This document shows positions 30,158-39,592 of a stretch of DNA of 64,000 nt, in pieces. Source of the DNA: Candidatus Faecicola pullistercoris. Lineage in GTDB: Bacteria > Bacillota > Clostridia > Christensenellales > CAG-917. The first letter of the stretch is position 1. The number at the start of each line of letters is the position of its first letter. The notes beneath the pieces are model-generated. The model saw only the letters and a list, made by a program, of their open reading frames with translations, did no database searches and had not been told where the DNA came from. A program made the translations under genes and the position numbers. The DNA is taken from assembly GCA_018714105.1 (NCBI GenBank), contig DVNW01000023.1, positions 20,005 to 84,004 on the forward strand, written 5' to 3'.

Positions 30158-31468
30158 ATGTTTGAAACCTTAAAGAACGCTTTTGCCACAAAGGAAATAA
30201 GAATTAAGATTTTTGCCACGCTGGGATTACTGCTTGCGTACAGGCTGGGTTGCTTCATACCCATTCCCGGTTTCGACGTAACGGCCTTGAAAGAAATGAC
30301 CGCCGAAAGCGAATTCTTATCCCTGTTATCCACGATAACGGGCGGTTCGCTTTCGCAGGGCACGCTGTTTGCGCTGGGCATCATTCCCTTCATCAACGCC
30401 TTCATTATAATGCAGTTGCTGACTCTTATTATCCCTAAGCTCGAAAAGCTTTCCAAAGAGGGCGGCGAAGAGGGCAGAGCCAAAATTACGCAGATTACGC
30501 GTTACGTTGCGCTCGGTCTTGCAGCTGTACAGGCCGTTGGAATTATGATAAGCTGGAACAATTCCGGCATAATACTTCCCACTTTCGGTCAAAACTGGGT
30601 TACCATAGTCTTTGCCACGATTATTCTTGTCGGCGGCAGCGTGCTTGTCATGTGGCTCAGCGAAAGAATTACCGAATACGGTATCGGAAACGGTACTTCG
30701 CTTATAATCTTTATAGGTATTCTTTCCACCGCTGCGGCCAGCTTGCCCGCAACCTTCGATTACATCGGCAACGACGTTAACCTTATATGGAACCTTATAG
30801 GCTTTCTGATTATCGTATTTCTCATATTCGTGCTTATCGTATTCGTCGACGGCGCGGAGAGAAGAATTACCGTTCAGTACGCCAAACAGGTCAAAGGCAA
30901 CAAGATGTACGGCGGTCAGACCACGCATATCCCCATCAGGGTTAACTCCTCGGGCGTCATGCCCATAATATTCGCTTCGGCGTTTATGAGTTTCCCCTCG
31001 ATGATAATGCAGATGTTCGGTTGGGAAACCTCCGGATTCGGAGTATGGTATCTTACCTATCTCACGCCCTTCGGCAATAACGCCATAGGTTCGGTGGTAT
31101 ATTACCTCTTTATGGTTTTACTGATTATCTTCTTTGCGTATTTCTACGCTCAGATTCAGTTTAACCCCGAAGACGTAAGCAGGAACATTCAGCAATACGG
31201 CGGGTTCCTGCCCGGTATCCGTCCCGGCAAGCCCACCAGCGATTACCTTAAAAAAATCAGTAACCGCATTACGCTGTTCGGCGCGATATTCCTCGGCTTC
31301 ATTGCCGTTGTCCCGACCTTCCTGTTCGACCTTATCGGCAGCTCGATAGGGCTGGCAAGCGCCTTCTCGGCAACGGGACTGCTGATTGTAGTAAGCGTTG
31401 CGCTCGAGTTCAACAAGCAGTTGGAAGCACAGATTATGATGCGCCACTACAAAGGCTTTTTGAAATAA
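30158..31468 (+). CDS. secY: Preprotein translocase subunit SecY
   Basis: 436 aa, 10 TM. IPIPG...LGIIPFINAFIIMQLL and spc-operon position. Confidence 0.98.
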   Translation: MFETLKNAFATKEIRIKIFATLGLLLAYRLGCFIPIPGFDVTALKEMTAESEFLSLLSTITGGSLSQGTLFALGIIPFINAFIIMQLLTLIIPKLEKLSKEGGEEGRAKITQITRYVALGLAAVQAVGIMISWNNSGIILPTFGQNWVTIVFATIILVGGSVLVMWLSERITEYGIGNGTSLIIFIGILSTAAASLPATFDYIGNDVNLIWNLIGFLIIVFLIFVLIVFVDGAERRITVQYAKQVKGNKMYGGQTTHIPIRVNSSGVMPIIFASAFMSFPSMIMQMFGWETSGFGVWYLTYLTPFGNNAIGSVVYYLFMVLLIIFFAYFYAQIQFNPEDVSRNIQQYGGFLPGIRPGKPTSDYLKKISNRITLFGAIFLGFIAVVPTFLFDLIGSSIGLASAFSATGLLIVVSVALEFNKQLEAQIMMRHYKGFLK

Positions 31469-31471
31469 GAT

Positions 31472-32095
31472 ATGAAAAAAATAATACTTCTGGGCGCGCC
31501 GGGAGCAGGAAAGGGCTCCCAGGCGGCCAAGATATCCGAAAAATACAATATTCCGCACATTTCGACGGGCGATATTTTCAGAAAGAATATCAAGGAGCAG
31601 ACGCCGCTCGGTAACCTCGCAAAGAGTTATATCGACAAAGGTCAGCTCGTGCCCGACGACGTCGTAATAGGGCTTGTGGAAAGCCGCCTTAAAGAATCCG
31701 ACTGCGCAAACGGTTACATTCTCGACGGATTTCCCCGCACTATTCCGCAGGCGGAGGCTCTTGACAAGGTGGCCGACGTAAACGTCGTTATCAACCTTGA
31801 CGTTCCTTTCGATATCATTACCGAAAGGCTGACGGGCAGAAGAGTTTGTATTTGCGGCGCGACCTATCATGTTTCCTCCCATCCCGGCGACACCTGCGAC
31901 AGGTGCGGTAAAAAACTTATCGTCCGCGACGACGACAAGCCCGAAACCGTCAAAGAGCGTTTGCAGGTCTATCTCAGGCAGACCGAGCCCCTTATCGATT
32001 ATTACAGAAACAAGGGCCTCGTACGCGACGTGAAAGGCAGGGATACGGTAGAGCAGACCTTCGCCGACGTGGTTGAGGTTTTGGACAAAATATGA
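31472..32095 (+). CDS. adk: Adenylate kinase
   Basis: P-loop GAPGAGKGSQA and a Cys-containing lid domain (C.C...CDRC). Confidence 0.97.
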   Translation: MKKIILLGAPGAGKGSQAAKISEKYNIPHISTGDIFRKNIKEQTPLGNLAKSYIDKGQLVPDDVVIGLVESRLKESDCANGYILDGFPRTIPQAEALDKVADVNVVINLDVPFDIITERLTGRRVCICGATYHVSSHPGDTCDRCGKKLIVRDDDKPETVKERLQVYLRQTEPLIDYYRNKGLVRDVKGRDTVEQTFADVVEVLDKI

Positions 32096-32835
32096 TAAAC
32101 TTAAAAAGCAATTCCGAAATCGAAAGGATGCGCGAAGCAGGCAAAATCGTGCGCGATACGCTGCTTCTTATGGAAACGCTTGTCAAACCGGGCGTAACCA
32201 CAAAAGAGCTTGACAGGGCGGCATACAAATATATAACCTCCTGCAAAGCGACGCCTTCCTTTCTGAACTATAACGGATACCCCGCAAGCATCTGCGCGTC
32301 AATCGACGAAGAGGTCGTCCACGGCATTCCTTCGGGAAGACGCATAGAGGAAGGCCAGATAGTCAGCATAGACGTAGGCGCTTGTATCGGCGGATTTCAC
32401 GGCGACGCGGCAAGGACTTTTGCGGCGGGCCGGGTAAGTCCGCTGAAAGAAAAACTCATGAAGGTTACCGAGCAAAGTTTCTTTAAAGGAATAGAGCAGT
32501 TCAAAGAGGGTAACCGACTGGGAGACATTTCCGCCGCCGTACAGCAATACGCCGAGGCAAACGGCTTTTCCGTAGTCCGCGCGTTGGTAGGCCACGGTAT
32601 AGGAAGAAAAATGCACGAAGATCCGGCCGTTCCCAATTACGGCATGCCGGGCAGAGGCCTGCGGCTGGAAAAGGGACTTGTGCTTGCTATCGAACCCATG
32701 ATAAACGCGGGCACTTACGAGGTTGCTCAGCTCGAAGACGGCTGGACCATAGTGACCGAGGACGATATGCCGTCGGCGCATTACGAAAACACCGTCGCTC
32801 TTACCGAAAACGGCCTTGAAATACTTACGTTATAA
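32092..32835 (+). CDS. map: Type I methionine aminopeptidase
   Basis: VVHGIPS, DVGA...GFHGD, GHGIG and LAIEPM metal-ligand motifs. Confidence 0.97.
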   Translation: MINLKSNSEIERMREAGKIVRDTLLLMETLVKPGVTTKELDRAAYKYITSCKATPSFLNYNGYPASICASIDEEVVHGIPSGRRIEEGQIVSIDVGACIGGFHGDAARTFAAGRVSPLKEKLMKVTEQSFFKGIEQFKEGNRLGDISAAVQQYAEANGFSVVRALVGHGIGRKMHEDPAVPNYGMPGRGLRLEKGLVLAIEPMINAGTYEVAQLEDGWTIVTEDDMPSAHYENTVALTENGLEILTL

Positions 32836-32841
32836 GGAGTT

Positions 32842-33114
32842 ATGATGAATATCGGGATAGGTTCGGTTGTGCTTTCCACGGCAGGCAGAGACAAAGGCAG
32901 ATTTTTTCTGGTCGTCGCTATTGTGGACGACAAGTACGTAAAAATCGCCGACGGCGAACTCCGCCCGCAGGAAAAAGCAAAACTCAAAAAAATAAAACAC
33001 TTGAAATTCAACGGCGACGTCATTGAAAAAATCGCTCAGAAGATTTTAACCGATAAACAGGTGTTCGACGCTGAGATACGCAGCGCCCTGAGAGTTTATA
33101 ACGAGCAAAATTAA
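32842..33114 (+). CDS. KOW-domain RNA-binding protein
   Basis: [22 protein letters not shown]-like motif. Sits between map and infA, where I recall a small KOW-like gene in some other Clostridia. Confidence 0.75.
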   Translation: MMNIGIGSVVLSTAGRDKGRFFLVVAIVDDKYVKIADGELRPQEKAKLKKIKHLKFNGDVIEKIAQKILTDKQVFDAEIRSALRVYNEQN

Positions 33115-33127
33115 CGGAGGATTGTTT

Positions 33128-33349
33128 GTGTCTAAAAGCGATGTTATCGAGGTAGAAGGAAAAGTTATCGAAGTGCTGCCCAGCGCCGCGTTCAAAGTGC
33201 AGCTGGCAAACGGCAAGGTAGTTACCACCTATCTGTCGGGCAAACTCAGAATGAATTATATAAAAATTTTGGAAGGGGACAAGGTTACCATCGAAATGAG
33301 TCCTTACGACCTTACCAAAGGCAGAATTATCTGGAGAAGTAAAAATTAA
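33128..33349 (+). CDS. infA: Translation initiation factor IF-1
   Basis: [27 protein letters not shown]...[13 protein letters not shown]. The GTG at 33128 lies 7 nt after GGAGG. Confidence 0.96.
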   Translation: MSKSDVIEVEGKVIEVLPSAAFKVQLANGKVVTTYLSGKLRMNYIKILEGDKVTIEMSPYDLTKGRIIWRSKN

Positions 33350-33367
33350 CACACTCGGAGGTATATT

Positions 33368-33484
33368 ATGAAAGTCAGACCGTCTGTTAAGCCCATGTGC
33401 GACAAATGCAAGGTCATCAAAAGAAACGGCAGGGTTATGGTTATTTGCAGCAAGTACAAAAACCATAAACAAAGACAGGGCTAA
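33368..33484 (+). CDS. rpmJ: 50S ribosomal protein L36 (not in the ORF track)
   Basis: My own translation gives [38 protein letters not shown] (38 aa). GGAGG SD at 33357-33361. Confidence 0.95.
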   Translation: MKVRPSVKPMCDKCKVIKRNGRVMVICSKYKNHKQRQG

Positions 33485-33620
33485 TCACCCTTTGTATTAG
33501 GATAGTTTTTCGCAAGTTAAGGGCGGCTGGTTGTCGTTACATTCCGAATTTCAAACGACAATATCCTGAAAGCGATTAATATATTTACTAAAATTAACAC
33601 AATTTTATGGAGGTAGCTTA

Positions 33621-33992
33621 ATGGCACGTATTGCTGGTGTAGATTTGCCACGTGAAAAAAGAGTGGAAATCGGCCTTACTTATATATATGGTATTGGCCG
33701 TCCTACCGCAAACAAAATTTTGGAAACCACGGGAATCAGCCCTGATGTTCGCGTTAAGGATTTAACCGAAGAGCAGGTCAGCTTGCTTCGTGATTACATT
33801 GAAAAAGAGCTCCACGTCGAAGGCGACCTGAAACGTGAAGTTATGATGAACATCAAAAGACTTATGGAAATCGGCTGTTACAGAGGTGTCAGACACCGTA
33901 AGGGTCTGCCCGTAAGAGGCCAGAGCACTAAACAGAACGCAAGAACCAGAAAAGGTCCCAAGCGCACGGTTAGTCGCAGCAAGAAGAAATAG
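33621..33992 (+). CDS. rpsM: 30S ribosomal protein S13
   Basis: [26 protein letters not shown]... Confidence 0.98.
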   Translation: MARIAGVDLPREKRVEIGLTYIYGIGRPTANKILETTGISPDVRVKDLTEEQVSLLRDYIEKELHVEGDLKREVMMNIKRLMEIGCYRGVRHRKGLPVRGQSTKQNARTRKGPKRTVSRSKKK

Positions 33993-34003
33993 GAGGTTGA
34001 CTT

Positions 34004-34393
34004 ATGGCCGGTAAAAGAACTATCAGAAGACGTAAGGATATCAAGCGCGTCGAGAAAGGCGCTTGCCATATTCACGCATCGTTTAACAACACCATCGTAA
34101 CGATTACCGATACCCAAGGTAATACTATTTCTTGGTCGAGCGCCGGCAAGCTGGGGCTCAGAGGCAGCAGAAAATCCACTCCTTTTGCGGCTCAGATGGT
34201 TGCAGAAGACGCGGCTAAGGTTGCTTACGACCAAGGTCTCAGGACCGTAGAAGTTTACGTAAAAGGCCCCGGTCAAGGCAGAGAGTCCGCTATCAGGGCT
34301 ATGGCTAACGTAGGACTGGAAGTTACCCTTATCAAAGACGTTTCTCCCATTCCGCACAACGGTTGCCGTCCCCCCAAACGCAGAAGGTTATAG
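34004..34393 (+). CDS. rpsK: 30S ribosomal protein S11
   Basis: [28 protein letters not shown]...[12 protein letters not shown]. Confidence 0.98.
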   Translation: MAGKRTIRRRKDIKRVEKGACHIHASFNNTIVTITDTQGNTISWSSAGKLGLRGSRKSTPFAAQMVAEDAAKVAYDQGLRTVEVYVKGPGQGRESAIRAMANVGLEVTLIKDVSPIPHNGCRPPKRRRL

Positions 34394-34407
34394 GAGGTAT
34401 TTGAGTT

Positions 34408-35034
34408 ATGGCTAAATATACAGGCGCAGATTGCAGATTGTGCCGCAGAGAAGGATGCAAATTATTCCTCAAAGGTGAAAAATGTTATTCCGCCAAGTGC
34501 ACCTTGGCTAAACGTCCTCAGGCTCCCGGTCAACACGGCACCGGCAGAAAAAAAGCCTCGGGTTACGCTATACAGCTCCGTGAAAAGCAGAAGGCCAAAA
34601 GAGCTTACGGCATTTTGGAAAAGCAGTTCAAAATGTATTACGATATGGCCGAAAAACAGAGAGGCGTTACCGGTGAAAATATGCTTATTTTAATCGAACG
34701 CAGGCTCGACAACGTAGTTTACCGCCTCGGTCTCGGTTCTTCCAGAGCCATGGCCAGACAGATCGTAAACCACGGTCACATCACGGTTAACGGGAAAAAC
34801 GTTAATATTCCCTCTTACCTCGTTAAGGCAGGGGACGTAGTCGCCGTTAAATCCACTAAGGTTGACAAACCCGTTTTCGCCGACATCAAGGCCGGCAACG
34901 TAAAAGTCAATCTGCCCGAATGGCTCAGCTTCGACGCCGCCACCCTCACCGGTAAGGTTGAAAAGCTGCCCGCAAGAAGCGATATCGACCTCACCATCCA
35001 AGAGCACCTCATCGTTGAGTTGTACTCTAAATAA
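34408..35034 (+). CDS. rpsD: 30S ribosomal protein S4
   Basis: [25 protein letters not shown]... and an S4 domain. Confidence 0.97.
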   Translation: MAKYTGADCRLCRREGCKLFLKGEKCYSAKCTLAKRPQAPGQHGTGRKKASGYAIQLREKQKAKRAYGILEKQFKMYYDMAEKQRGVTGENMLILIERRLDNVVYRLGLGSSRAMARQIVNHGHITVNGKNVNIPSYLVKAGDVVAVKSTKVDKPVFADIKAGNVKVNLPEWLSFDAATLTGKVEKLPARSDIDLTIQEHLIVELYSK

Positions 35035-35074
35035 TTTGCCTAGCGCAAGTTGAGTTATAGGAGGAACTTTTTCT

Positions 35075-36031
35075 ATGATGGAAATGAAAAGACCCAAAAT
35101 TACCTACGAAGAGAACGAGGCCAAAAACGTAGCCACTTTCGTCGTAGAGCCCCTTGAAAGAGGTTTCGGCACTACGCTCGGCAACAGCCTCAGAAGGATT
35201 CTGCTTTCCGCTTTGCCGGGAGCCGCGCCCGTAGGTATCCGTATAGCTGGCGTCCAGCACGAATTCAGCACTATCCCCGGCGTAAGGGAAGACGTTACCG
35301 AAATCATCCTCAACATCAAGGGACTGGCTGTTAAAATTCACGCTTCGGGCGACAAACCCACCCGTAAAGAACTTACTCTTTACAAGGATACCGAAGGCCC
35401 TGTTTACGCAGGTGATATAGATATTCCTTCCGACGTGGAAATACTTAACCCCGATATGTATATCTGCAACCTCGAAGAGGGCGCCGTGCTCGATATGCAG
35501 ATCTCGGTAGACACCGGCAGAGGTTACGTTTCCGCCGACAAGAACAAGGACAGCAAAGCTCCTATCGGTTATATCCCCGTAGACTCCATCTTTACCCCCG
35601 TGGAAATGGCCAACTACACCGTTGAAAGCACCCGTGTGGAACAGAGCATCGACTTTGACAAGCTGACCATGGAAGTAAGGACAAACGGCACCGTTTCCGC
35701 TAAGGAAATTACCAGCCTCGCGGCAAAAATCATGAACGACCACGTACGTCTGTTCGTTGAGCTCGTCGACAATATGTCGGGTATCGATATTCTGGTAAAC
35801 CAGGACGACGACAAACAGCAGAAAGTGCTTGAAATGAGCATCGAAGACCTCGACCTCTCCGTACGTTCGTATAACTGCCTGAGGCGCGCGGGTATCAATA
35901 CCGTCGACGATTTGACCAAAAAGTCGGAAGAAGATATGCTTAAGGTAAGAAACCTCGGCAGAAAGTCTTTGGAAGAAGTTATCAAAAAACTGCAAGATTT
36001 AGGCTTGGATTTGCGCAATAAAGACGAGTAA
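35075..36031 (+). CDS. rpoA: DNA-directed RNA polymerase alpha subunit
   Basis: VVEPLERGFGTTLGNSLRRILLS and C-terminal domain LDLSVRSYNCLRRAGINTV. Confidence 0.98.
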   Translation: MMEMKRPKITYEENEAKNVATFVVEPLERGFGTTLGNSLRRILLSALPGAAPVGIRIAGVQHEFSTIPGVREDVTEIILNIKGLAVKIHASGDKPTRKELTLYKDTEGPVYAGDIDIPSDVEILNPDMYICNLEEGAVLDMQISVDTGRGYVSADKNKDSKAPIGYIPVDSIFTPVEMANYTVESTRVEQSIDFDKLTMEVRTNGTVSAKEITSLAAKIMNDHVRLFVELVDNMSGIDILVNQDDDKQQKVLEMSIEDLDLSVRSYNCLRRAGINTVDDLTKKSEEDMLKVRNLGRKSLEEVIKKLQDLGLDLRNKDE

Positions 36032-36045
36032 GGAGATTTAAATAT

Positions 36046-36555
36046 ATGGAACCCAAAAAATTAGGAAGACCTACCGACCAGCGTCTGGCAGTCCTGTACA
36101 ATCAGGCTTCCGAACTGCTTTGGTACGGTAAAATAGAAACCACTGTTGACAGAGCAAAATCCGTAAGAAGAATTGCCGAGAGAATGCTTACTCTGGCCAT
36201 AAACACTTACGAAGACACGGTTACCGTCAAAAAGGAAAAGACCAACCTCAAAGGCGAAAAGGTAAGCGTCGACTTTACCAACGACGGTCCCAAGAAACTT
36301 GCCGCGCGTCGCAGGATGATGGCAAAACTCAGAGACATTCAGGAAGTTAAGGCCGAGAAGGAATCCAAGGCCGCTTTCAAGGCACGTACGGCCGACATCA
36401 ATCATCCCCTGATTGAGAAGATGTTCAACGAATATGCCCCCAAATACGCCGAAAGAAACCGTCAGAACGGACAGGGCGGCGGCTACACCAGGATAATCAA
36501 AACCGGCACGAGAAGAGGCGATAACGCCGAAATGTGCATACTTCAGCTTATCTGA
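36046..36555 (+). CDS. rplQ: 50S ribosomal protein L17 (about 45-aa internal insertion)
   Basis: KLGRPTDQRLAVL...GGGYTRIIKTGTRRGDNAEMCILQL. Confidence 0.95.
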   Translation: MEPKKLGRPTDQRLAVLYNQASELLWYGKIETTVDRAKSVRRIAERMLTLAINTYEDTVTVKKEKTNLKGEKVSVDFTNDGPKKLAARRRMMAKLRDIQEVKAEKESKAAFKARTADINHPLIEKMFNEYAPKYAERNRQNGQGGGYTRIIKTGTRRGDNAEMCILQLI

Positions 36556-36568
36556 GGAAGTCAATTTC

Positions 36569-36596
36569 AAAACGGCTCGACAGAGCCGTTTTTTTA
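36569..36596 (+). terminator. Intrinsic terminator ending the alpha operon
   Basis: AACGGCTC-GACA-GAGCCGTT followed by T7. Confidence 0.8.
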
Positions 36597-36712
36597 TACC
36601 TTTTTTATACCTTTTCATAATGAGTGCAACTTTTTGACAGGGCTTGCCTTTGTCGGGTTATATTGCGCCCCCGGGTAAAATATACTATATTGTCCGTATC
36701 AAGGGGGTAGTT

Positions 36713-37000
36713 ATGAAAGAGGAGCTGACAGACAGAACTTTACGAGAAGCCGAGTACATCGCCGAAAACCGGAGTACGGTAAGAGAGACCGCAAAGGCCA
36801 TGGGAATTTCCAAAAGCACCCTGCATGCCGATATAACAAAAAGACTTAAACATATCGACAGTTCTCTGTACGACGAAGTTGCCGGAATACTTCGGTACAA
36901 CTTTTCGGTAAGACACATAAGAGGCGGGGAGGCGACTCAGCACAAGTACAGGCTGAAAGCCGAAGCAGCAGCAGACATAACAGATAAAAACGCCGATTAA
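36713..37000 (+). CDS. spoIIID: Sporulation transcriptional regulator SpoIIID
   Basis: AEYIAENRSTVRETAKAMGISKSTLHADITKRL...SVRHIRGGEATQHKY parallels B. subtilis SpoIIID. ATG at 36713 after AAGGGGG. Confidence 0.9.
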   Translation: MKEELTDRTLREAEYIAENRSTVRETAKAMGISKSTLHADITKRLKHIDSSLYDEVAGILRYNFSVRHIRGGEATQHKYRLKAEAAADITDKNAD

Positions 37001-37011
37001 CCGGCGTTTTT
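36986..37011. terminator. Bidirectional terminator (spoIIID / ttcA-like)
   Basis: AAAAACGCCG-ATTAAC-CGGCGTTTTT. Confidence 0.75.
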
Positions 37012-37034
37012 ATCTGTTTAAAAGCGGTATTTTG

Positions 37035-37775
37035 CTATTTATCTAATTTCAGTTCAGGCCAGAGATTGTTGCGTTCGGGATGCTTTATTGCGCCCAGCAC
37101 GCGCTCCCTGATAAAAGGTATTTCTTTGGAAACGGTTTTTATCATGCCGTTTACGTACTCGCGCTGAGTATGCTTGTCCGCAGGACACGGATTTTTAAGT
37201 ACGGGAAGTTCCAGTCTGTTAACTACGCCTTTTAAATCCTTTTCCCATACGTAGATAAAAGGCCGTATGAGGCCCATTTCGGAGCGGTCCATATATGCCG
37301 TGGGAGCAAACGTAGACAGTCGTCCCTCGTAAAACAGCGACAGGAAAAATGTCTGTATCACGTCGTCGGCGTGGTGGCCGAGAGCTATTTTATTCGCGCC
37401 TATTTCTTTAGCCTGGTTATTAAGGGCGCCTCTGCGCATTTTGCTGCACAGCGAACAGGGGTTTTCTTCCTTTCGCGCCTCGAACAGAATTTCGGCTATA
37501 TCGGTTTTTACGACGCTGTAATAAAGGCCCAGTTCCTGCTCGATGTAATTTTGGAGTTTAAGGGCTTGCGATTGGTCGGTATCGGCAAAGCCCATATCTA
37601 TCCGCACGGCCGAAAGAGTGAATTTCTGAGGAGAAAAGCGTCTGTACGCCGAAAGTGCGGCGGCGAGAGCAAGGCTGTCTTTTCCGCCCGATACGCCTAC
37701 CGCGATATGGTCGCCTTCCTCTATCATATTGAAATCCGTTATGGCGCGACGCATCGTGCCGAGTAATTTCTGCAT
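37035..37775 (-). CDS. ttcA: TtcA-family tRNA 2-thiocytidine biosynthesis PP-loop ATPase
   Basis: PP-loop VGVSGGKDSLAL plus CSLCSKMRRG motif. Confidence 0.85.
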   Translation of the reverse strand: MQKLLGTMRRAITDFNMIEEGDHIAVGVSGGKDSLALAAALSAYRRFSPQKFTLSAVRIDMGFADTDQSQALKLQNYIEQELGLYYSVVKTDIAEILFEARKEENPCSLCSKMRRGALNNQAKEIGANKIALGHHADDVIQTFFLSLFYEGRLSTFAPTAYMDRSEMGLIRPFIYVWEKDLKGVVNRLELPVLKNPCPADKHTQREYVNGMIKTVSKEIPFIRERVLGAIKHPERNNLWPELKLDK

Positions 37776-37814
37776 ATTCCCACCTCTTCGGATAATATAC
37801 TATTTTACAGGACT

Positions 37815-38429
37815 ATGAACATTTTGACAAGCGTTTCGGCCAGCGGCTTTACCGACAGAATCATCCTGTTTTTAAAAGATATCGTGTCCGACGAATATCT
37901 TCTGCTTTTCATAATATCGATGTTGCCTTTTTCCGAAATGAGAGGGGCGGTAATACTGTCCGCGGGTATGGACGTAAACGCTTTGGCCGCGCTGTTCGTA
38001 TGCTGGGCGGGTTCGAGTCTGGTATGCCTTCCGATTATGGCGGTGTTTACTCCCGCGGTCAGGGCGATGAAAAAAAGAAAGTTTTTCGCGGGGCTTGCGG
38101 AGAAAGCGCAAAGTACGGTTGCAGGCAAAGCCTCCGCTCTTTCGGGACGAGAGGGATTTCTGCCTCTTATGCTGTTTGTGGCCGTGCCTCTTCCCATGAC
38201 GGGGGTATGGGCCGGTTCGGCCATAGCCGCTTTTTTGGGCGTCGGGTATAAAAAAGCGGTGGCAGCCGTTGCAACGGGCAATCTTATCGCGACGGGACTT
38301 GTGCTTTTGCTGAGCGCTCTGTTTAAAGACTATACGGATTTATTGTTACTCGCGCTCACGATTGCCGTTGTATTCGGAATACTTCTGTCGGTATACCGAA
38401 GTTTGGGCAAAAACAAAAAGGACGGCTAG
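37815..38429 (+). CDS. COG2426 / small multidrug export-like membrane protein
   Basis: MLPFSEMRGAVILS and VAVPLPMTGVWAGSAIAAFLG motifs. Multi-TM. Confidence 0.7.
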   Translation: MNILTSVSASGFTDRIILFLKDIVSDEYLLLFIISMLPFSEMRGAVILSAGMDVNALAALFVCWAGSSLVCLPIMAVFTPAVRAMKKRKFFAGLAEKAQSTVAGKASALSGREGFLPLMLFVAVPLPMTGVWAGSAIAAFLGVGYKKAVAAVATGNLIATGLVLLLSALFKDYTDLLLLALTIAVVFGILLSVYRSLGKNKKDG

Positions 38430-38442
38430 ATGCCGTCCTTTT
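38417..38442. terminator. Bidirectional terminator
   Basis: AAAGGACGGC-TAGAT-GCCGTCCTTT between convergent genes. Confidence 0.7.
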
Positions 38443-38458
38443 CTGAAAGCCTTGATAA

Positions 38459-39394
38459 TTACGCTTTGCCTGCGCAACCGAGTACGTTTATGAGTTTATG
38501 ACGTACGATTTCCCTGATGGCCGTTCTCGCGTCGCCGAGATACTGTCTGGGGTCGAAGTGAGAGGGGTTAAGGGCAAAGTGCTCGCGTACTGCTGCCGTG
38601 CAGGCCATTCTGAGGTCGCTGTCGATATTGATTTTGCAAACGGCCATGGTAGCCGCCTGACGGAGCATTTCCTCGGGGATACCGATAGCGTTGGGCATCT
38701 GTCCGCCGTATTTGTTGATTTTTTCCACAAACTGCTGCGGAACGGAAGACGCGCCGTGCAGAACGATGGGGAAGCCGGGAATCCTCTTGGCTACTTCTTC
38801 GAGAATATCGAAGCGGAGCTGAGGTTTTGTACCGGGTTTGAATTTGTATGCGCCGTGGCTGGTGCCTATGGCTATGGCGAGGCTGTCTACGCCCGTTTTG
38901 GAAACGAATTCCTCAACCTGATCGGGATCGGTATAAGCGGCGTCTTTCTCGGCTACGTTTACGGCGTCTTCTATACCTGCGAGACGGCCGAGTTCGGCTT
39001 CAACGACAACGCCTTTATCGTGAGCGTATTTAACTACTTCCTTTGTAATTTTGATATTTTCGTTGAAACTGTGGTGCGAGGCGTCAATCATAACCGAAGT
39101 AAAACCGCCGTCGATGGAATCTTTGCACAGCTCGAAGCTGTCGCCGTGATCAAGGTGCAGGCAGATGGGGATATCGGACTCGATAACCGCGGCCTCAACC
39201 ATTTTCCTGAGATAGGTGGGGTTGGCATATTTTCTTGCGCCTGCGGAAACTTGCAGAATAAGGGGAGCCTTTTCCTGATTGGCGGCTTCCACGATACCCT
39301 GAATGATTTCCATATTGTTTACGTTGAAAGCGCCGATGGCGTAACCGCCTTCGTAAGCCTTTTTAAACATATCGGTACTGGTAACTAATGGCAT
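38459..39394 (-). CDS. fba: Class II fructose-1,6-bisphosphate aldolase
   Basis: GYAIGAFNVNNMEIIQGIVEAA, LHLDHG and VLHGASSVP motifs. Confidence 0.96.
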   Translation of the reverse strand: MPLVTSTDMFKKAYEGGYAIGAFNVNNMEIIQGIVEAANQEKAPLILQVSAGARKYANPTYLRKMVEAAVIESDIPICLHLDHGDSFELCKDSIDGGFTSVMIDASHHSFNENIKITKEVVKYAHDKGVVVEAELGRLAGIEDAVNVAEKDAAYTDPDQVEEFVSKTGVDSLAIAIGTSHGAYKFKPGTKPQLRFDILEEVAKRIPGFPIVLHGASSVPQQFVEKINKYGGQMPNAIGIPEEMLRQAATMAVCKINIDSDLRMACTAAVREHFALNPSHFDPRQYLGDARTAIREIVRHKLINVLGCAGKA

Positions 39395-39592
39395 AATAAA
39401 CCTCCGTAAATTTGTTACTTTTCAGCATTGAGTACATTATATAATAAAAAGCCGTAAAACGCTAGTCTTTTTCACAAATAAAAAATAAAAAATTGCCCGT
39501 GCCGACAGCGCTTTGCAAGGCTATAATAATTGAGATTTGCAAAATAATAGTATATAATATATGATTGATAAAGAAAACAGGGAGGACAGCAT

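Noticed and set aside
33485-33620. An 8-bp hairpin TTGTCGTT...AACGACAA in the rpmJ-rpsM spacer, possibly a regulatory leader.
   Set aside because: It is a single modest hairpin with no T-run and no recognisable motif. It may be a processing or stability element, but there is not enough evidence to call a feature.
35027-35995. A 322-aa minus-strand ORF opposite rpoA. Similar long antisense ORFs lie opposite argH (43751..44788), argB (46825..47676), argD (47724..48572), argC/argJ (45012..46078), gap (40820..41452) and fba (38498..39388).
   Set aside because: All overlap confidently identified housekeeping genes on the other strand, and none shows a family signature.
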